A DNA stretch of 64,000 bases from Carpediemonas membranifera BICM (taxonomy: Eukaryota; Protista; Fornicata): assembly GCA_019828565.1 (NCBI GenBank), contig JAHDYR010000069.1:248001-312000 (forward strand). Direction: 5' to 3'. Within the stretch, counting starts at the first letter, position 1; every line of letters begins with the position of its first letter. A program made the translations under genes and the position numbers. Below, one piece after another: positions 29,985 through 43,900 of the stretch. The notes under the pieces were generated by a model. The model did no database searches. It was given only the letters and a program-made list of their open reading frames with translations, and was not told the origin of the DNA.

Positions 29985-32054
29985 TTATTCCGTGAGGAGC
30001 AGCTGTAGGTCGTCTGCCGTGAGTGACCTGACCATGCCCGAGATCCTTGTCTGGGTCAGCCCTCCATATATCGCCCTCATAAACTTGCAAGCACGGTCAT
30101 GACTGGAGGCACTGGTTCTCGGCGACGGGTCAGTTGCACTGGAAGTATGGGAGTCGGCACATGCTACTAGGTCCTCTATCCAGCCGTCAGGGAGCATTCC
30201 TGCTGGGAATTTGAGTCCATGAAGGAGCATGAGCTGAATAAACCGGCCCAGGCCCGATAGATACGGCAGAAATCTCCCAGATCGGATCCCGACTGCTTCT
30301 GATGAGATATCAAGACAATGTGGCAAAAACAGCTTCACACTCACGCCGCCAGAATTCACGACAGCTTGTGGTAGTGCGGCCGCAATGGTGTCAAACACAG
30401 AGAGGAAATCCTGACCAGACAGCACCACTCCTGTGACGAACAGGTCAGCCTCACACCCACCCAGGTCTGCCAGCAGTCGTCCGGGAGTCGTCAGGGTCAG
30501 ATGGATTGGTGGTCGACCGCTAAGCTGGGACTTAGCACACGCGATGACCTCAATCAACGCTTGACGTCTGATCGACTCTGTGTCAGCATCTCCTCGGGCC
30601 TGGGGTGTGGGAGTGTTGGCATTGGCGAGGGTCTGCGTCACTGGGCTGGGGGAGAGCTCGCTCCGACGCAACGGGGGCGATTGGGCTTGGGTCGGTGTGT
30701 GTCTGGTGCTTGTATCGAGTACTGGCGTTGCATTGCTCGGTGGGGCTGTGCGTGTTGTTTCGCCATTGCAATTGTCAGATTTGCGCACCTCAAGGAGCAT
30801 GATGACCGCCTCCAGGCATCCTACGACGTCGCCCACAGTCCTAGTCGGGTTACTCTCGAGCAGTTCCACCTGGCTAACAATGGCCGCAACTTCTGGCACA
30901 TCAACACTGTTCCCATCGCCTTCATTTGCCCCGCCTCGCATTCGCCGAACAAGCTCGTCGAGACCAGCCTGATCCACGCTTATAAAAATGATCTCGTCAG
31001 TCAAGTCAGACTCCGCGGTGTGGGCTATCACTCGCCACCGGGGCAGGCAGTCAGCAGTGTGTCTCAGGTCCTCGTAGCAGGCGGCGATCTCTCGCTTCAC
31101 CCTGCTTGGGGCTGCTAGTGTTGAAAGGCAGTGGTCTGCGTCTGCTAGCATGGCGCCAATCTCCTCTAACGAGGTGATACCGCTGTCATACTCGCACGCC
31201 CGGGCATGCTCGGCAAGGAGCTTGGCCTGGCGCACCTTGGCCTCGATTGCCTGCTGAAGTAACGGGAGTAGCCGGATACAACAGCTAGCAAGAGCTCGGA
31301 CCACTGCCCGGTGCTCCCGAGTCTCGCTAACACTGTATGCCCGCACCAAAGCAGCGAGGGGTGTCCTCACTTGGTGCGTCTCCTGGCACTGCGCGGCCAT
31401 GACCTCAATAGTGTCAGAGGCGGCGGGGTGGTGGTGGAGGGCGTGGGCAGCGACGGTGGCCTGGCGAATTGGGGTCAGATCGGTCGAGACTAGCACTTTG
31501 ATGCCTTCAAACGTGCTTCTTAGTAGTTCTTCGAGCTCGGCGACCTTGTGGACATGAGTGGAACAAGTCTGGCAGCAATCAGGGCCAGAATATACTTCAC
31601 TCGCGTGCTGTTCTGCTGCATGAGCGCTGAGCTGCAGCACGGTCTGCTTCAGTCGGGTGTTCTCGGTATCAAGCTCCTCGACCCGACCAATCAAGGTGCC
31701 CACCGCCGCGTGCTCCACGAGCTTACTCTGCTCTATGATAGATGCCTCGTACGCATCCTCAGTGTGTGCGGTAGCTTGTTGCTGCTTCGTGTGGCGGGTT
31801 TTGGCTGGTGCAAGCGCCACGGCGGATGCAATCGTCGTGCTGTTGGAGCTTTTCTGTTTCTGCTTCTTAGCCAGAGCGTGTAATGTAATAATAATAATGG
31901 TAACAGCTGTCATACTCAAGTGTGGAACATCGTAGAAGAGTCCAATAGCGAGAAGGACGACAGATAACGCCAACGAAGCAACCATGACATGAGATATCAC
32001 TCGAATTCGTCTTGCAATGCCTCCTATGTACGCAGATGCCCGGCTTCCATGCAT
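29985..32054 (-). CDS. Hypothetical protein with two N-terminal TM helices and a coiled coil
   Basis: 689-aa ORF; hydrophobic hairpin followed by RVEELDTENTRLKQTV. Confidence 0.55.
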   Translation of the reverse strand: MHGSRASAYIGGIARRIRVISHVMVASLALSVVLLAIGLFYDVPHLSMTAVTIIIITLHALAKKQKQKSSNSTTIASAVALAPAKTRHTKQQQATAHTEDAYEASIIEQSKLVEHAAVGTLIGRVEELDTENTRLKQTVLQLSAHAAEQHASEVYSGPDCCQTCSTHVHKVAELEELLRSTFEGIKVLVSTDLTPIRQATVAAHALHHHPAASDTIEVMAAQCQETHQVRTPLAALVRAYSVSETREHRAVVRALASCCIRLLPLLQQAIEAKVRQAKLLAEHARACEYDSGITSLEEIGAMLADADHCLSTLAAPSRVKREIAACYEDLRHTADCLPRWRVIAHTAESDLTDEIIFISVDQAGLDELVRRMRGGANEGDGNSVDVPEVAAIVSQVELLESNPTRTVGDVVGCLEAVIMLLEVRKSDNCNGETTRTAPPSNATPVLDTSTRHTPTQAQSPPLRRSELSPSPVTQTLANANTPTPQARGDADTESIRRQALIEVIACAKSQLSGRPPIHLTLTTPGRLLADLGGCEADLFVTGVVLSGQDFLSVFDTIAAALPQAVVNSGGVSVKLFLPHCLDISSEAVGIRSGRFLPYLSGLGRFIQLMLLHGLKFPAGMLPDGWIEDLVACADSHTSSATDPSPRTSASSHDRACKFMRAIYGGLTQTRISGMVRSLTADDLQLLLTE

Positions 32055-32446
32055 CCTTTGACCGTTCTTCCCCAGAAAGCAGCTTCGATAGTTTCACGAC
32101 TCCGCGACTGTGGCCAACACTCAGCCACAGTCGGACAAGTCGGCATGGAGCATCTGAGTGTAGCCTGGATGGATGGCGGCGGTCATTTGATTTGTGGCCG
32201 GCAACTGCGGCACTCGTTGCCTCACAGGCATCGGCTGGGCCTTGCTCCGCTCACAATGTCTCTCAGTCAGATCGGCAACCAGCAACGTCGCACTGCTTGT
32301 GTCAATGAATGCGCGAAGTAGTTTAATTGTCCAAAGACGCAATAGTAGAATCGTTCAAAATGAGCAAGCATCGTAAGCTCGATTCCACTCCACAGTTCAT
32401 GAAACACGGTGCAAGCACCCAGCAGCTGACCGCCTGAGTGACACAG

Positions 32447-33445
32447 TCAACCCCCAACCCTTGTCCACGCGACATCGACCCCGTCACTGTCACTATCGCC
32501 CACACTATCGCCGTCACTCATCCCATGGACCCACACTGGCATCCATCGCTGGGGTTGGGCATATGTGGCGCGTGTGTTGGTGCGTTCTTGGGGGCTGGAG
32601 CTGTCTGGCTTGTTCTGGTCGGAGGAGAGTGCGGTTGTATTGATTTCGCCGAAGAAGCTCGCTTCTGAGACTAGAACAGACTTGGGGTCGTGTGTGTAGT
32701 GCGCTGTGTTGTGCCTATGTACCTGTAGAAGCACGGTCGGGAGCGCCAGCAGGGGGCCGAGGCCGCAAAGTCCGCAGGTTAACCAGGACAAGACAGCGCC
32801 GACCCAGCCCTTGATGTAGAGCCGGTGTGATGCTCCAGGAACTAATAGCCTGACCACCGCGACCCACTTCGACTTGGGACCCGGCCTCACAGGTGCTGAC
32901 GCCGCACTGAGCAGTGTTGCTAGTACTACAACAGCGAGATGGAGTACGAGGACGACCATGGTAGTGCCTAGTATGGTTGAGAGGATCAGCACGAGGGCTG
33001 TGGAGAGGGGGGAAGACATGCGGATGTCGGCAGTGACGTCTGACGGGGCTACGGCAACAATGAGGATGACGGTACGCTCTTTGCGGAAGAACGTCTTCAT
33101 AGTCCTCATCTCGTGGACTTGGCGGACGTGTGGCAGGAACCTATCGGCGTGGTCGCCGAGGAAGTGGAGGGAATGGCCTCCAGAGGTGTATGCGTGGTAG
33201 GCGTGCTCTGAAAGAACGTATACGTCCACAAAACTAGTGAAAGAAGCGGTAATATCGACAGTAATGCGGGGATTCGCCTCGGCGATGGAGATTAAGGCAA
33301 CCTGGCCGCCGGCAGGGACAGTGCATGCCACATGGCCGCGATAATCCGATGAAAGGCGCGAATTAGTGTAGTACTCTTGTATGGCCAAAGAATAAGACGC
33401 AAACAGAAGCACACAAAGAAATAGCGTTCGACATCCGTTCGACAT
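32447..33445 (-). CDS. Membrane protein with signal peptide and degenerate TM2-like domain
   Basis: Signal peptide; PGASHRLYIKGWVGAVLSWLTCGLCGLG resembles the TM2 GxHRFY...TxG motif. Confidence 0.55.
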   Translation of the reverse strand: MSNGCRTLFLCVLLFASYSLAIQEYYTNSRLSSDYRGHVACTVPAGGQVALISIAEANPRITVDITASFTSFVDVYVLSEHAYHAYTSGGHSLHFLGDHADRFLPHVRQVHEMRTMKTFFRKERTVILIVAVAPSDVTADIRMSSPLSTALVLILSTILGTTMVVLVLHLAVVVLATLLSAASAPVRPGPKSKWVAVVRLLVPGASHRLYIKGWVGAVLSWLTCGLCGLGPLLALPTVLLQVHRHNTAHYTHDPKSVLVSEASFFGEINTTALSSDQNKPDSSSPQERTNTRATYAQPQRWMPVWVHGMSDGDSVGDSDSDGVDVAWTRVGG

Positions 33446-33531
33446 CGGACTTCATATGATGCATTCAACCATCATCACCCGTCAACCTCCCAAGGTTCCC
33501 TCCCACCGTCAATACCAATTCCTCTCCCCAT

Positions 33532-36500
33532 TTATTCTTCAGGAAGCATGTCGAGGAGCTTCTCTAAAAGCTGCGGAGGGATCTCGCCTCGAGGAATTGA
33601 CCGGAACAGCTGGCCGAGCTCAACCCGGTCGTGGCCGATGCGGACGATGGTCTTGTAGAAATGCGTATAGTAGAACAAAGCCAGGAAGAATAACATCAGG
33701 CCGACGAAGTAAAGAAGGCTCGATCTCATAGTCGCCATAGATTCATCGTTGCGGTCAATCAGCAGATCTTTGAGTCTGAACAGACCACTTGTAAGGTCCA
33801 AATCAGGCAGGGACATGTGCTGCATGTAATCTGGCAGCGTGAGGGACCCGTCGTCGATTGAATCAACCACCGACTCCATGTAAGTCATGAAAGCTGACAC
33901 TGCGTTGATCAGGCCGTTTTCTGCGTCAGTATAGACAACGTATGGGGCGGTACAGAAGGAAGAATTGAATCTGAGGCATTCTTCACGGTATAACAAGTCG
34001 GTGATCTCGTCCTCGAACTCGCCGTCGACCCAGCCGGAGGGGTTGATCGCCTCAATGAGCAGCATTGCCGGTGTCTCCACCCAGTGGGGCAGGCGCTCCC
34101 AAGCAGCCTCGACAGGCTCCCTCCGTAGCGGCGAGTCGCCTGATAGATGGGCGATGAAGTCTCCAAGTCGAGCTAGGTCGGCCTTAATAATTGCCGCGGC
34201 GTCGGCGGCAGTGAGGGGCGTGGGGTATGAGGGCAGCTGGTCCGCAGCGTATGAGATGGACGTGGATCCCATGTTACGGATGGAAACGAGGGCCGTATCC
34301 TGATAAAATACGGTGATTGAAGTCATTGTTACGACACCGGTATAGTAAATCACCATGGAAACCATAACAGTGTATGTAACACTGAACACTGCCATCCAAA
34401 AGATTATGGGCGGAGCCATACGTAAAAGAGAGCGTGCTTTGATGACAGTCGTGGCGAAACGCCGCTTCCGTGGTATCGACACAAGCTCCAGAGCGGATGA
34501 AAGCGACTCAGGCGGCAACATCGCTGCCGTACTTCCCCGCTGAGAGGGGGACCCAGAGTATAAGCCCGTGGGTCGACTCTGCAACGACGCGTTCGACTGT
34601 GGGAGGTTGAAGAGCACAGTACTCTGGTTACGACACGGGGAGGGGGCACGCGAGGTAACCTGGCTGTCCGCCGTCCGTGTAAGGTCGACAGAGCGGACCT
34701 TGAGCGACCGTCGGAAGGACGCGATATCACTGTTCAAACGGTCAATAGTGGTCGAGGGAAGCTGAGCCAAGAGGTGTCTGATCTTGAGAGCGAAGCCATA
34801 ATGAGAGAGCATGGGTCTAACGTATAGAACGGCCTCGATTTGCGGGAAGAAAGTGGTGAGGAGAAAGAGGATGACTGCGAAAATGACGACTTCAATTACA
34901 GGGAAAGCGAGAATCACGGCAAATGTCTCAAAAGAAACATCCAGTATGCCGTCGAGGGCGTGCTGGACCATGGCCCGCTCGAACCCCATGATAAGGTCCT
35001 CCTTCTCGGCAATACAGTCAAAGGCAGACGTGGCTGACCCCGCCGCATCCTTCTCAATCACACAGGCCCTGAGATACTCTGCTGTGTGGACGATAGAGGA
35101 CAGATACTCGATCGCGGATACATCCATTGTGCCTGAGGGGGCAAGGCCTTCGTATACAGGCACGGTGATGGTCTTGTCACGGAGCAGGCGCGGCACGTTG
35201 ACTAATAGGTGTGAGAGCGAGGTCAATGTTTCCTGGGTCAGGGTATCGAACCACGTCTCGTTGACTGAGTCGAAGACTTCGTAAATGGCGATGTCCTGGA
35301 TGTTGGCGTGGCTGTTGATGTTCCCGTAGATGGTCGAGGCGTCAGCTGCATGGTCCAAGGCGTGTCGTTGGTAGGCTGGGGCGAGCTCGGCCAGCGTGGC
35401 TCGCCACGGAGGGCCGGCCACCAGACTTGTTGCGACCAGAGGGGATGTGTATGTGCTCCTCAACGTGGCAAGCGACGTAGCAAGAGACTGTAGCCCGGTG
35501 TTAACGTTCATGAGCCCCATAAACTGCCACATGAGGTTATTATGGAGGTATGACAGTGCCACAATCGTACCGACTGTCAGTAGGACGAGACAGAGAGTGA
35601 GAAGCGTCGCCCCCACCGCCTCTGCATGGTGCAGGACGTCTATACCCGTGTCTGGGCGATCAACTCGGTCGACCCGAACCGCAGGCAGACCCGTCGCATT
35701 GTCCTCAGTGTCTCCTGGGGCGACCTCGAGCTCATCAGCCATCCCGAACAACTCATCTGAGTATGATTCCACTGCTGGCCGCGGGTCCATGAGAGATATG
35801 TACTGGGCGTACGTTCTGAAGACCCGGGGGGTTGGGCGGGCCAGCACGCGGTCGTAGAGGGAGCGGATTTGTCGGTTGAGTGTGGACACGCGGGACAGGG
35901 CCTGCATGAAGTTTTTGAACCCAGCCAGAGTGGTGAGCTCATCGCCCGTTCCTATGCGGGACCACAGCTGGGTCAGCTCATCCGTCAGCTTCTTCTGGGC
36001 CTTGGTCAGCGAGCTCATGTCACGCTGGGCCTCCAGTTTTGAAAGCATCCCCTCATCGCTGCTTAAACTGCGAGTATAATTTTGGACGAGGAATCTGTAA
36101 TACTGAACGTCCATGTTCATGCCAAGCTTGCCCGCACAGGTCCGCTCTGTGGAGTACAGCGCCGAGGCGAGAGACTCCTTCCTGAAGGCGGCGCTGAATA
36201 GCACGAACGTCAGGCCAAGGTACGGCGAGTGCGGCCAGCGGGCACGGGTAAGAGTGAAGAGACGCATGCCAAAGCCCGTCTCCTGCTCGACAACGCGGTG
36301 GGAGTTGCTTATGATCTCAAGATCTTCTGGTGAGAGTCTAGATTTGTCGAGGATTCCGTTTTCTGATACGGCGCCCGGGAACTCGAATATGGAGACTGGA
36401 ACCCGTCTCTGGATAGACTCGGCGGCCTTGATAGCCTTGCTCATTCGATTCCTTGACCTACGAAGCGCGACCTCGACCTGGAAAGGGAACAAGAGACTCG

Positions 36501-37576
36501 GCCTGGTCGATGGGATCATATCAGTGCTCTCCAGGGCCATGACCTCCTCCCTGAACTTCTGTGTGCAAAGGTCAGTGACAATGACGGTCAGTAGCGGTGG
36601 TATCGCTGCGAGTGGGGTGAGTAAGAGGAGAGCGAGTGCGGCAAGGGGACTTATGACTGCAGCGCTGACTGAGGCGATCGCCCAGTGGGTCGCGGCCAGG
36701 CCCATGTTGGTCATGGCCTTGTAGTATGGAGTGAAAAGTGACACCGCGATCGATAGCAGCCCGTTGCCGATGAAAACCACGGCGGCGCGGACGTAGCTTG
36801 TGTATGGGCCGGGGATGACAAAAACAACCACGGCAGCGGCAAGCAGGACGAATATGACTGGAGTTAGCCTCGAATGTTGTCGGGCGAGCACGTGGGTCGA
36901 CGAGAAAGAAAAGTGCTGCGACATGGCGTGTAGAAAGACTGTATGGGCCGCGTAGATAACAAAGGTTGCGCTGAATATGATGCAGATGACGACTGACGCT
37001 GCTGTCAGCTCGAGTCTCGCGTGTATATTGGCTGCGATGATGGCCAGCAGAGGTACGAATAGGACGGTCGACCTGAACACATAACTTACCACACTCAGCT
37101 TGACAATCCAAGCCCCAGGAATCGTTCCCCGCATGACCTGGCGCATGGATACGAAGTCCAGGACGAACCAGAAGCCGACGAGGATGAGAGCAACGGCGCC
37201 TGCCACATGCAGTGTTGTCTCAGTCAGCTCGTCGGCCAGTGGCGCCAGGCGTGCCCAGGTGATGGCGGTCTGGACTGACGATAGCACTGGCCATGTGTAG
37301 ATGGAGGGGTCCAGTGCGAGTGCTAAGGCTTGCACGGTGACGAGGAGAAAGAGAACAACGTGGAGCTGCTTCATCGTGGTGGTTTTCGGTGTAATGATGT
37401 AGGCGAACTCGAATACTGGATAAGAGACGGGAAATTGGTCACAAACGTGATGTTCTCCAGTTGCCGATGCGTCCGGCTGCCGAATTGCTTTGTGTGGAAA
37501 CGCTAGCACTCGCAGTGCTCTCAACGCGCGATAGATATGGAGGGTTCCTCTCTATCTTATCCATTTCTATCTCCAT
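33532..37576 (-). CDS. Large polytopic membrane protein (TmcB/TmcC-like); 31-nt intron at 37416-37446
   Basis: N-terminal multi-TM block ending FTPYYK, helical cytosolic region (RVFRTYAQYI) and two further TM hairpins. Removing the intron GTTTGT...CTTATCCAG joins an upstream exon (MEIEMDKIERNPP...WRTS|LFEFAY). Confidence 0.65.
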
Positions 37577-37931
37577 CACCGATGGCGAATGATTCTGCAT
37601 CAGTGCCGATTCTGCTAAGCACTTGGCCCAAAGTCGACATCACAAATATTCCGAAAGAGAGACATGGGCACAGTACGATGGTATACGACACGGATATGAC
37701 CCTTTACAGGGCAGTGCCCCATATTCTCGAAGTTTTTATGAACTGGGAAGGCGGAAGAAATTCTGTCTGCTGCCACCTTAATCACCTCAAGTTTAAGGCG
37801 ACTATGAACAGTCTCTGATTGTAAACATCCGTGTTGCTTGTGTGGCTTCTCAAACTCGCTCATTCATCAGTTGATTTTTGATGTGTTCAGTTTCTCAGAC
37901 AAACCCAAGCTCTTCATCTTCGCTCTACGCC

Positions 37932-40900
37932 ATGGCAGAAAGCGGAGAAGGCGAACATTTTTCGGATAACCGTCTATTAGCTATCCGAAGATTCGTATGC
38001 AAGAGCCTCGTGGTTGCTGAGTCGGTTTTCGACGAAGCATACCACAAGGACCAAATAATGGTCGATAATTTCCTCAACAACATGCACCAAGCGATCCTCG
38101 TGTACAGAGATTCCCTCCCAGAGTCACCAGATGAGTGGATTGTCCAATTTGGCGTCCCAGGCCCGCGCGAGTCTTCTCTCAACGTCCCCGATGTATCCTC
38201 TGGCACCCAGCTCTGTTACTTCATGAACATCACCGACGACGTACTCCCCGACACCGACGCCTTTGACATGGACGACTGCCTCGTCTACGGCGTAGTGTCG
38301 GACTCTTTGATCTCCACGCTCAACAAGCTCGTCAACGATGTCTACCTCCCCCTTGTGGCCGCCACACGCGAGTCTAGCGGCCTTACCGTCTATGCTGAGG
38401 CCCAGGTTGCTCTCAACAAGCTCGCCTCCCAGCTCTCCCAAGTCACTCGCGACGTCGGCCGCGTCTCCCTCTCGCCGCCTATCAAGATCGCCGACCCAGC
38501 CGCAGTAGACAACGACACCCTCACAGCGATTACCGAGACCGTGAAGGAGTGGACCGGAGTTGTCCAGAACCAGCTCGACCTCCTATCAGCCCTCTCAATC
38601 CCCGCGGAAGACGGGCCCACTGCTGAGATCCTCCTATGGCGCGAGCGTGAGTCTGGCTACGGTGCCCTGTACGAGGCGCTGCACAAAAAGGATGCCATGG
38701 CCATGGTGAAGGTTCTCTCCGCAGAGGACGAGATCGTCTCGCACCAGTTTGCCACGCAGCTGTCAGAGCTCAACAAGCGGTATACCGAAGCCCGCGACAA
38801 CGTCCGATTCCTAGGCACCCTCGAGCGCCACTTCAAGCTGCTCGAGACCGAGACCCGCCTCGGCGCCATCTCGGAGTCTCTCACGAGTCTGTTCAGTGCA
38901 GTGAAGATGGTGTGGGTCATCTCCCGCTACTACAACACTGATGACCGCATGGTGCCTCTGCTCGAACGCACAGCTAACCAGATCGCCAGCCGCGTGTCGC
39001 AGGAGATCACGCTGACCTCAGTAGTCTCCCAACTTGAGGGTAACGCCGCTGGTGTCGCCGAGCAGGTCTCCGAAGCCCGTGATTTCCTGAAACAGTGGCA
39101 GCGCGCTTACGCTGAGACCCGCAAGAAGATCGAGGACGACGGCAGGTCCCAGCGCTGGGAGTTTGATCGCTCCCGCCTCTTTGGTCGCACCACATACATC
39201 GCCTCGCGGTGCCAAGACCTCCAGGAGATGTGCGTGCTCTTCCAACAGTTCACCTCGGTCATCGGCATGGACAACATCCCCCCTGCCGAGCTCGACGCCT
39301 TCTCCAGGGAGATCGACGCGCTCTTTGACCCGTTGTCCGAGTTCATCAACGCCCCGTCGGTTGCAGAGGCCGATGAGAAAGTCGTCAAGGACGTTTTCGA
39401 CCCCAACGAAAAGGCAGCTTGGGAAGCAGCCTTCGCAGCTTTCAAGAACCGCGCCGAGAAGGCCAAGGCGACCGTCGAGCATATCATTGACACCGCCTTC
39501 GAGCGCCTGACCTCTGTCGACTCGGCCATCGCCACGCTCACCAACATGCTCGAGGGCAACCGCATCGTAGACGAGCGAATCTCCCAGCAGATCGTGGAGA
39601 TCGTCTCCCAAGTCCAGCAGACTGTCGCCGCAGCCGACGCAAAGTTCGAGCAGTTTAAGGCAGGTCCACCCACCCTTGCGTCGGATGCCCCGGTGTCTGG
39701 CAAGATCATCTGGGCTCGCCTCCTCTTCCTCCCCGTCGCCCAGCTCTACCGCCGCCTCGAAGCACTCAACGAGGCCAGACGTAACCTCTTTGACGACGTC
39801 CCAACATACCAGCGGTTTAAGCTCGAGTACGACCGGCTGAAGACGAAGATCCGCGACTACCAGGGGGATCTGTTCAAGACGTGGAACAACAACGTCGGCC
39901 AAGTGACGGAGCTGAACCTCCAGCGGAACCTGCTCACGTTTGCCGACGATGAAGCCTCAGTCGACCCTTGGGAGCGGGGCATCGCAGTCAACTTCTCCGA
40001 CGACCTCCGTACGCTCATCACCGAGTGCCGCGCCCTCCTCCGTCTCGACTTCAGAGAGTCTCTCATCAGCGAGCTCGTCAAGGCCGTAGTTACTCGCTCC
40101 GAGTACTACTACTCGTTCAAGGACCAGCTGCAGGAGATGGTGACCTCGTACGAACGGCTCATGGCCCGACTCAAGCCCACGTTCAGAGAGCTTCTAGAGG
40201 AGAAGCTCAAGGAGCTCCATGCCGTGATCGAGCCCGGACTCAGGGACATCAACTGGAACTCACTCAACATAGGCACGTTTGTGGCCAAGTGCAACGCCGC
40301 CATCGTCGGGCTGACCAAGATTGTGAACCAGCTCGAGTCAAGCGATGCCAACCTCGAGGTCCTTGTCAGTGAGATCGCACGCGGTACACTGATCGCCAAG
40401 GTCGCTGGCTCTGGCGCCGTCGTCCACTCGGCAGACGTGCCCGAGATCGCTACGTTTGCTGAGGAGGCACACAAGCAGATCGAGAAGACCACGAAGCGAC
40501 TCGTCACAAAGTACGACGAGATGACTGGCATCCTCGTGAAGATCGAGGAGTCTGTCACGGGCACCACGGGGGGCCGTTCCCCTGCCATGGGCTCGTACTA
40601 CCTCCACTGGCAGGAGCGGGTCCGCGTGGCACTCGCGACACTTGTATCCAGAGCCATTAACACGTTTAACAACAACTTGAAGGCCCCTAGGCGGGAGACG
40701 GAGGACCTCAACGTGCCTGTAGCCCCGCCGCTGTTCCGCATCGACGCCATCCTCGTCGCTCCGTCGATCCTCCAGAAGCCGAGCACTGAGGACATCCGTA
40801 AGACTCTGACCAAGGTGCTCAAGGAGATCGTCAACACCTCAGCCGAGTTTATCCGCTGGTACGACGGCACGTGCATCAGGTGTGAGCTTCCCAAGGCCGG

Positions 40901-43900
40901 CCAGCCGTTTGTTCCCGTGGACGCCGCCCAGCCTAAGGAACGGGAAAGCCCCTCCCTCTCGCGCCAGTCCTCCCGCTCCCAGATCGGTGGGCAGACTAGC
41001 CGCGGCCGCATCACCCAGCGCAACAGTTCGCAGCGCCTCACGCTGACCAAGTCGGGCACCAAGTCGAAGATCTCCGTCAGCAACATGCGCATTGCCCCCG
41101 CCGTTGCTGCCCCCGTCCCTGCGATCAACTACACCTTCTTTATCGACGTCAGCTCGGACCCGAGTGTGAATGAGGCTCACCTCAAGACGAATCAGATCAT
41201 CGAGGACGCCATCAAGCTCATTGAGAGCCACCTCAAGTCCTGGGCCAGCTTCAGAGGGGTGTGGGACCCCTCCCGCCCCCAACTCATCGAGCACTGGGCC
41301 CATGAGCCCCGGAGCGTGACTGAGATTGACTCGAAGCTCAACTGGTACGCCCGAGTCGCCCCTACACTCAAGAGCTCGTTCCCCGGTAGCAAGCCAGTCG
41401 GATTCATCCAGGTGGACGTCTCTTCGCTCATTGACGGCATCCAGGAGGAGTCTAGGAAGTGGGTCGGCGCGCTCGGTGAGCTCATTGAAGATCAGCACAA
41501 GGCAAGGCTCGCGGCGTTTGAGGAGAAGATCGCTAACTTCGAGGAGGCGCTGGCCAAGGGCGAACGCATGTCTGGCGCGCAGCTGGAGCCTCTGAAGAAG
41601 CTCCTCGGGGCCATCAGCGAGGTCTACAACGAGGACAACAACGCCGAGCTCGAGATCCGGGACCTGACATATGCTTACGAGACTCTCCAGAACTACAAGG
41701 CGGGCAACCCGGACGAGATCCAGCGCGCTCTGGCCCTGCCCGCTCGTTGGAAGGCTCTGAAGGAAAAGTCAGCGACCGTGAACAAGTCTCTCGACGCTGT
41801 CCGCGAGAAGTTCCGCAAGGACACCAGCAAGCAGGCCAAGCGATTCGGTGACACCATCCATGCTTTTGCCGAGCGTTTCGCTGAGATGGACCCCAGCAAC
41901 ATCGTCGAGGGCACCGATGAGGAGATGGATCGCGCCGTCAAGGCCCTCGAGAAGCTCAGCACCGAGGTCCAGGAGCTCGAGGCCGAGAGAGACAACATCA
42001 CGCTCGCCCAACGCCTCTTTAACGATGCGCAGAGCCAGTATACAGACCTCAAGGTCATCGAAGTGAAGCTCGAGCGCACTACCCGCATCTTTGACGTCTA
42101 TAACTTCGTCAAGAAGAAGCTGCTCGACTGGTCGGACGTCGCATGGTCGAAGCTCGACATTGCGGTCCTCAACGACGGAGTGAAGGAGATGGAGAAGATG
42201 GTAGTGCAGCTCAAGGGTGGCCGTAAGAAGGGCGAGGCCCCCTCCGAGCTCGCCAAGTCCCCCGCCCTTGCCGCGGTCGAGACCAAGGTCCAGAACTTCA
42301 AGATGTCCATTCCCCTCCTCCAGAAGCTCACAGACGAGGCCCTTCGCGACCGTCACTGGACGAAACTCATGGAAGTGACGGGCAAGACGTTTGACAGGGA
42401 CAACATGACAGTCGGCTCGCTGCTTTCCATGGAGCTACACAAGCACGACGACAAAATCAACGAGATCCAAGCGTCCGCCCAGAAGGAGTTCAGCATCGAG
42501 AAGGGGCTGGCCGAGATCGAGGCCGTCTGGGCGAAGACGAAGTTCGAGCTCGCCAAGTACACCAAGGGCACCACTGATCGCGGGTTCATCCTCAAGTCGA
42601 TCGACGACATCCTCCTGACGCTAGAGGACAACACGATGAACCTGCAGACGATGAGTAGCTCTAAGCACGTGGCAGCGTTCGCCCAGGAGGTGCACCAGTG
42701 GGAAGGAAGGCTCACTCTCATCTCTGAGGTGTCCGAGCTCTGGATTGCCGTACAGAGGAAGTGGATGTACCTTGAGTCGATCTTTATTGGATCAGAGGAC
42801 ATTAGACTCCAGCTGCCGGAGGAGGCACGGAAGTTCGACAAGATTGACAATGATTTCCGTAAGGTGATGACCGAGACAGCGACCAACACGAACGTCCTCC
42901 AGGCATGTAGCGCTCCCAGCCGCCTCGAGAAACTCACCATGCTTGCTAACCAGATGGACAGCTGCCAGAAGAGCCTGTCGGAGTACCTCGAGACCAAGCG
43001 CTCGGCCTTTGCCCGGTTTTACTTCATCTCCGACGACGAGTTGCTCTCTGTTCTCGGTGACTCGGACCCACGTGCCGTGCAGCAGCACATGATCAAGCTG
43101 TTCGACAACACCAAGCTCCTCACCTTCGGCACGGGCAGCAAGGCCTCTACCGTCATCGGGGCACAGTCAAGCGAGGGTGAGACCTTTACCCTCAGAGAGC
43201 CCGTGCTCGCAGACGGACCAGTGGAGTCTTGGATGACGGCGGTCGAGCATGCGATGATCTCTTCAATCCACCAGACCACCAAGGAAGGGGTGTTCCACTA
43301 CGCCCAAAAGGACCGCATCCAGTGGATCTTCGAGTGTCTGGCCATGGTCACGCTCGTAGGCTCCCAGATCTGGTGGACTTGGCAGGTAGAGGACGTGTTC
43401 AGGGCTGTGGCCGAGGGGGACAAGCACGCCATGAAGGTCCTCAGCACGAAGCTTCACGCTCAGATCACGGATCTCGTCGCACAGGTGCGCAAAGACTTGT
43501 CTAGAGGCGACAGGTCGAAGATCAACACCCTCATCATCATAGACGTCCACGCACGCGATATAGTCGACCGCTTTGTCCGCGACTCCATCCTCCACGCCGC
43601 CGAGTTCGATTGGGAGTCCCAGATGAGATTCTATTGGGACCGTGCACGCGATACAGTCATCATGCGCCAATGCACCGGTTCCTTTGACTACGGGTTCCAG
43701 TACATGGGCCTCGCCTCCCGTCTGGTGATCACGCCTCTCACGGACAGGTGCATCATGACCCTGACTCAGGCCTTGACGATGTATCTGGGCGGATCTCCCG
43801 CCGGCCCCGCTGGTACAGGTAAGACAGAGACCGTCAAGGATCTCGCCAAGCACCTTGCGCTTTCTTGCGTTGTTTTCAGTATGTTTACCCTTGAGTTATT

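Noticed and set aside
7900-43853. Many 100-320 aa antisense or overlapping ORFs (e.g. 7900-8868, 39018-39902, 14511-15200)
   Set aside because: Shadow ORFs expected opposite GC3-rich coding sequence; no recognisable motifs.
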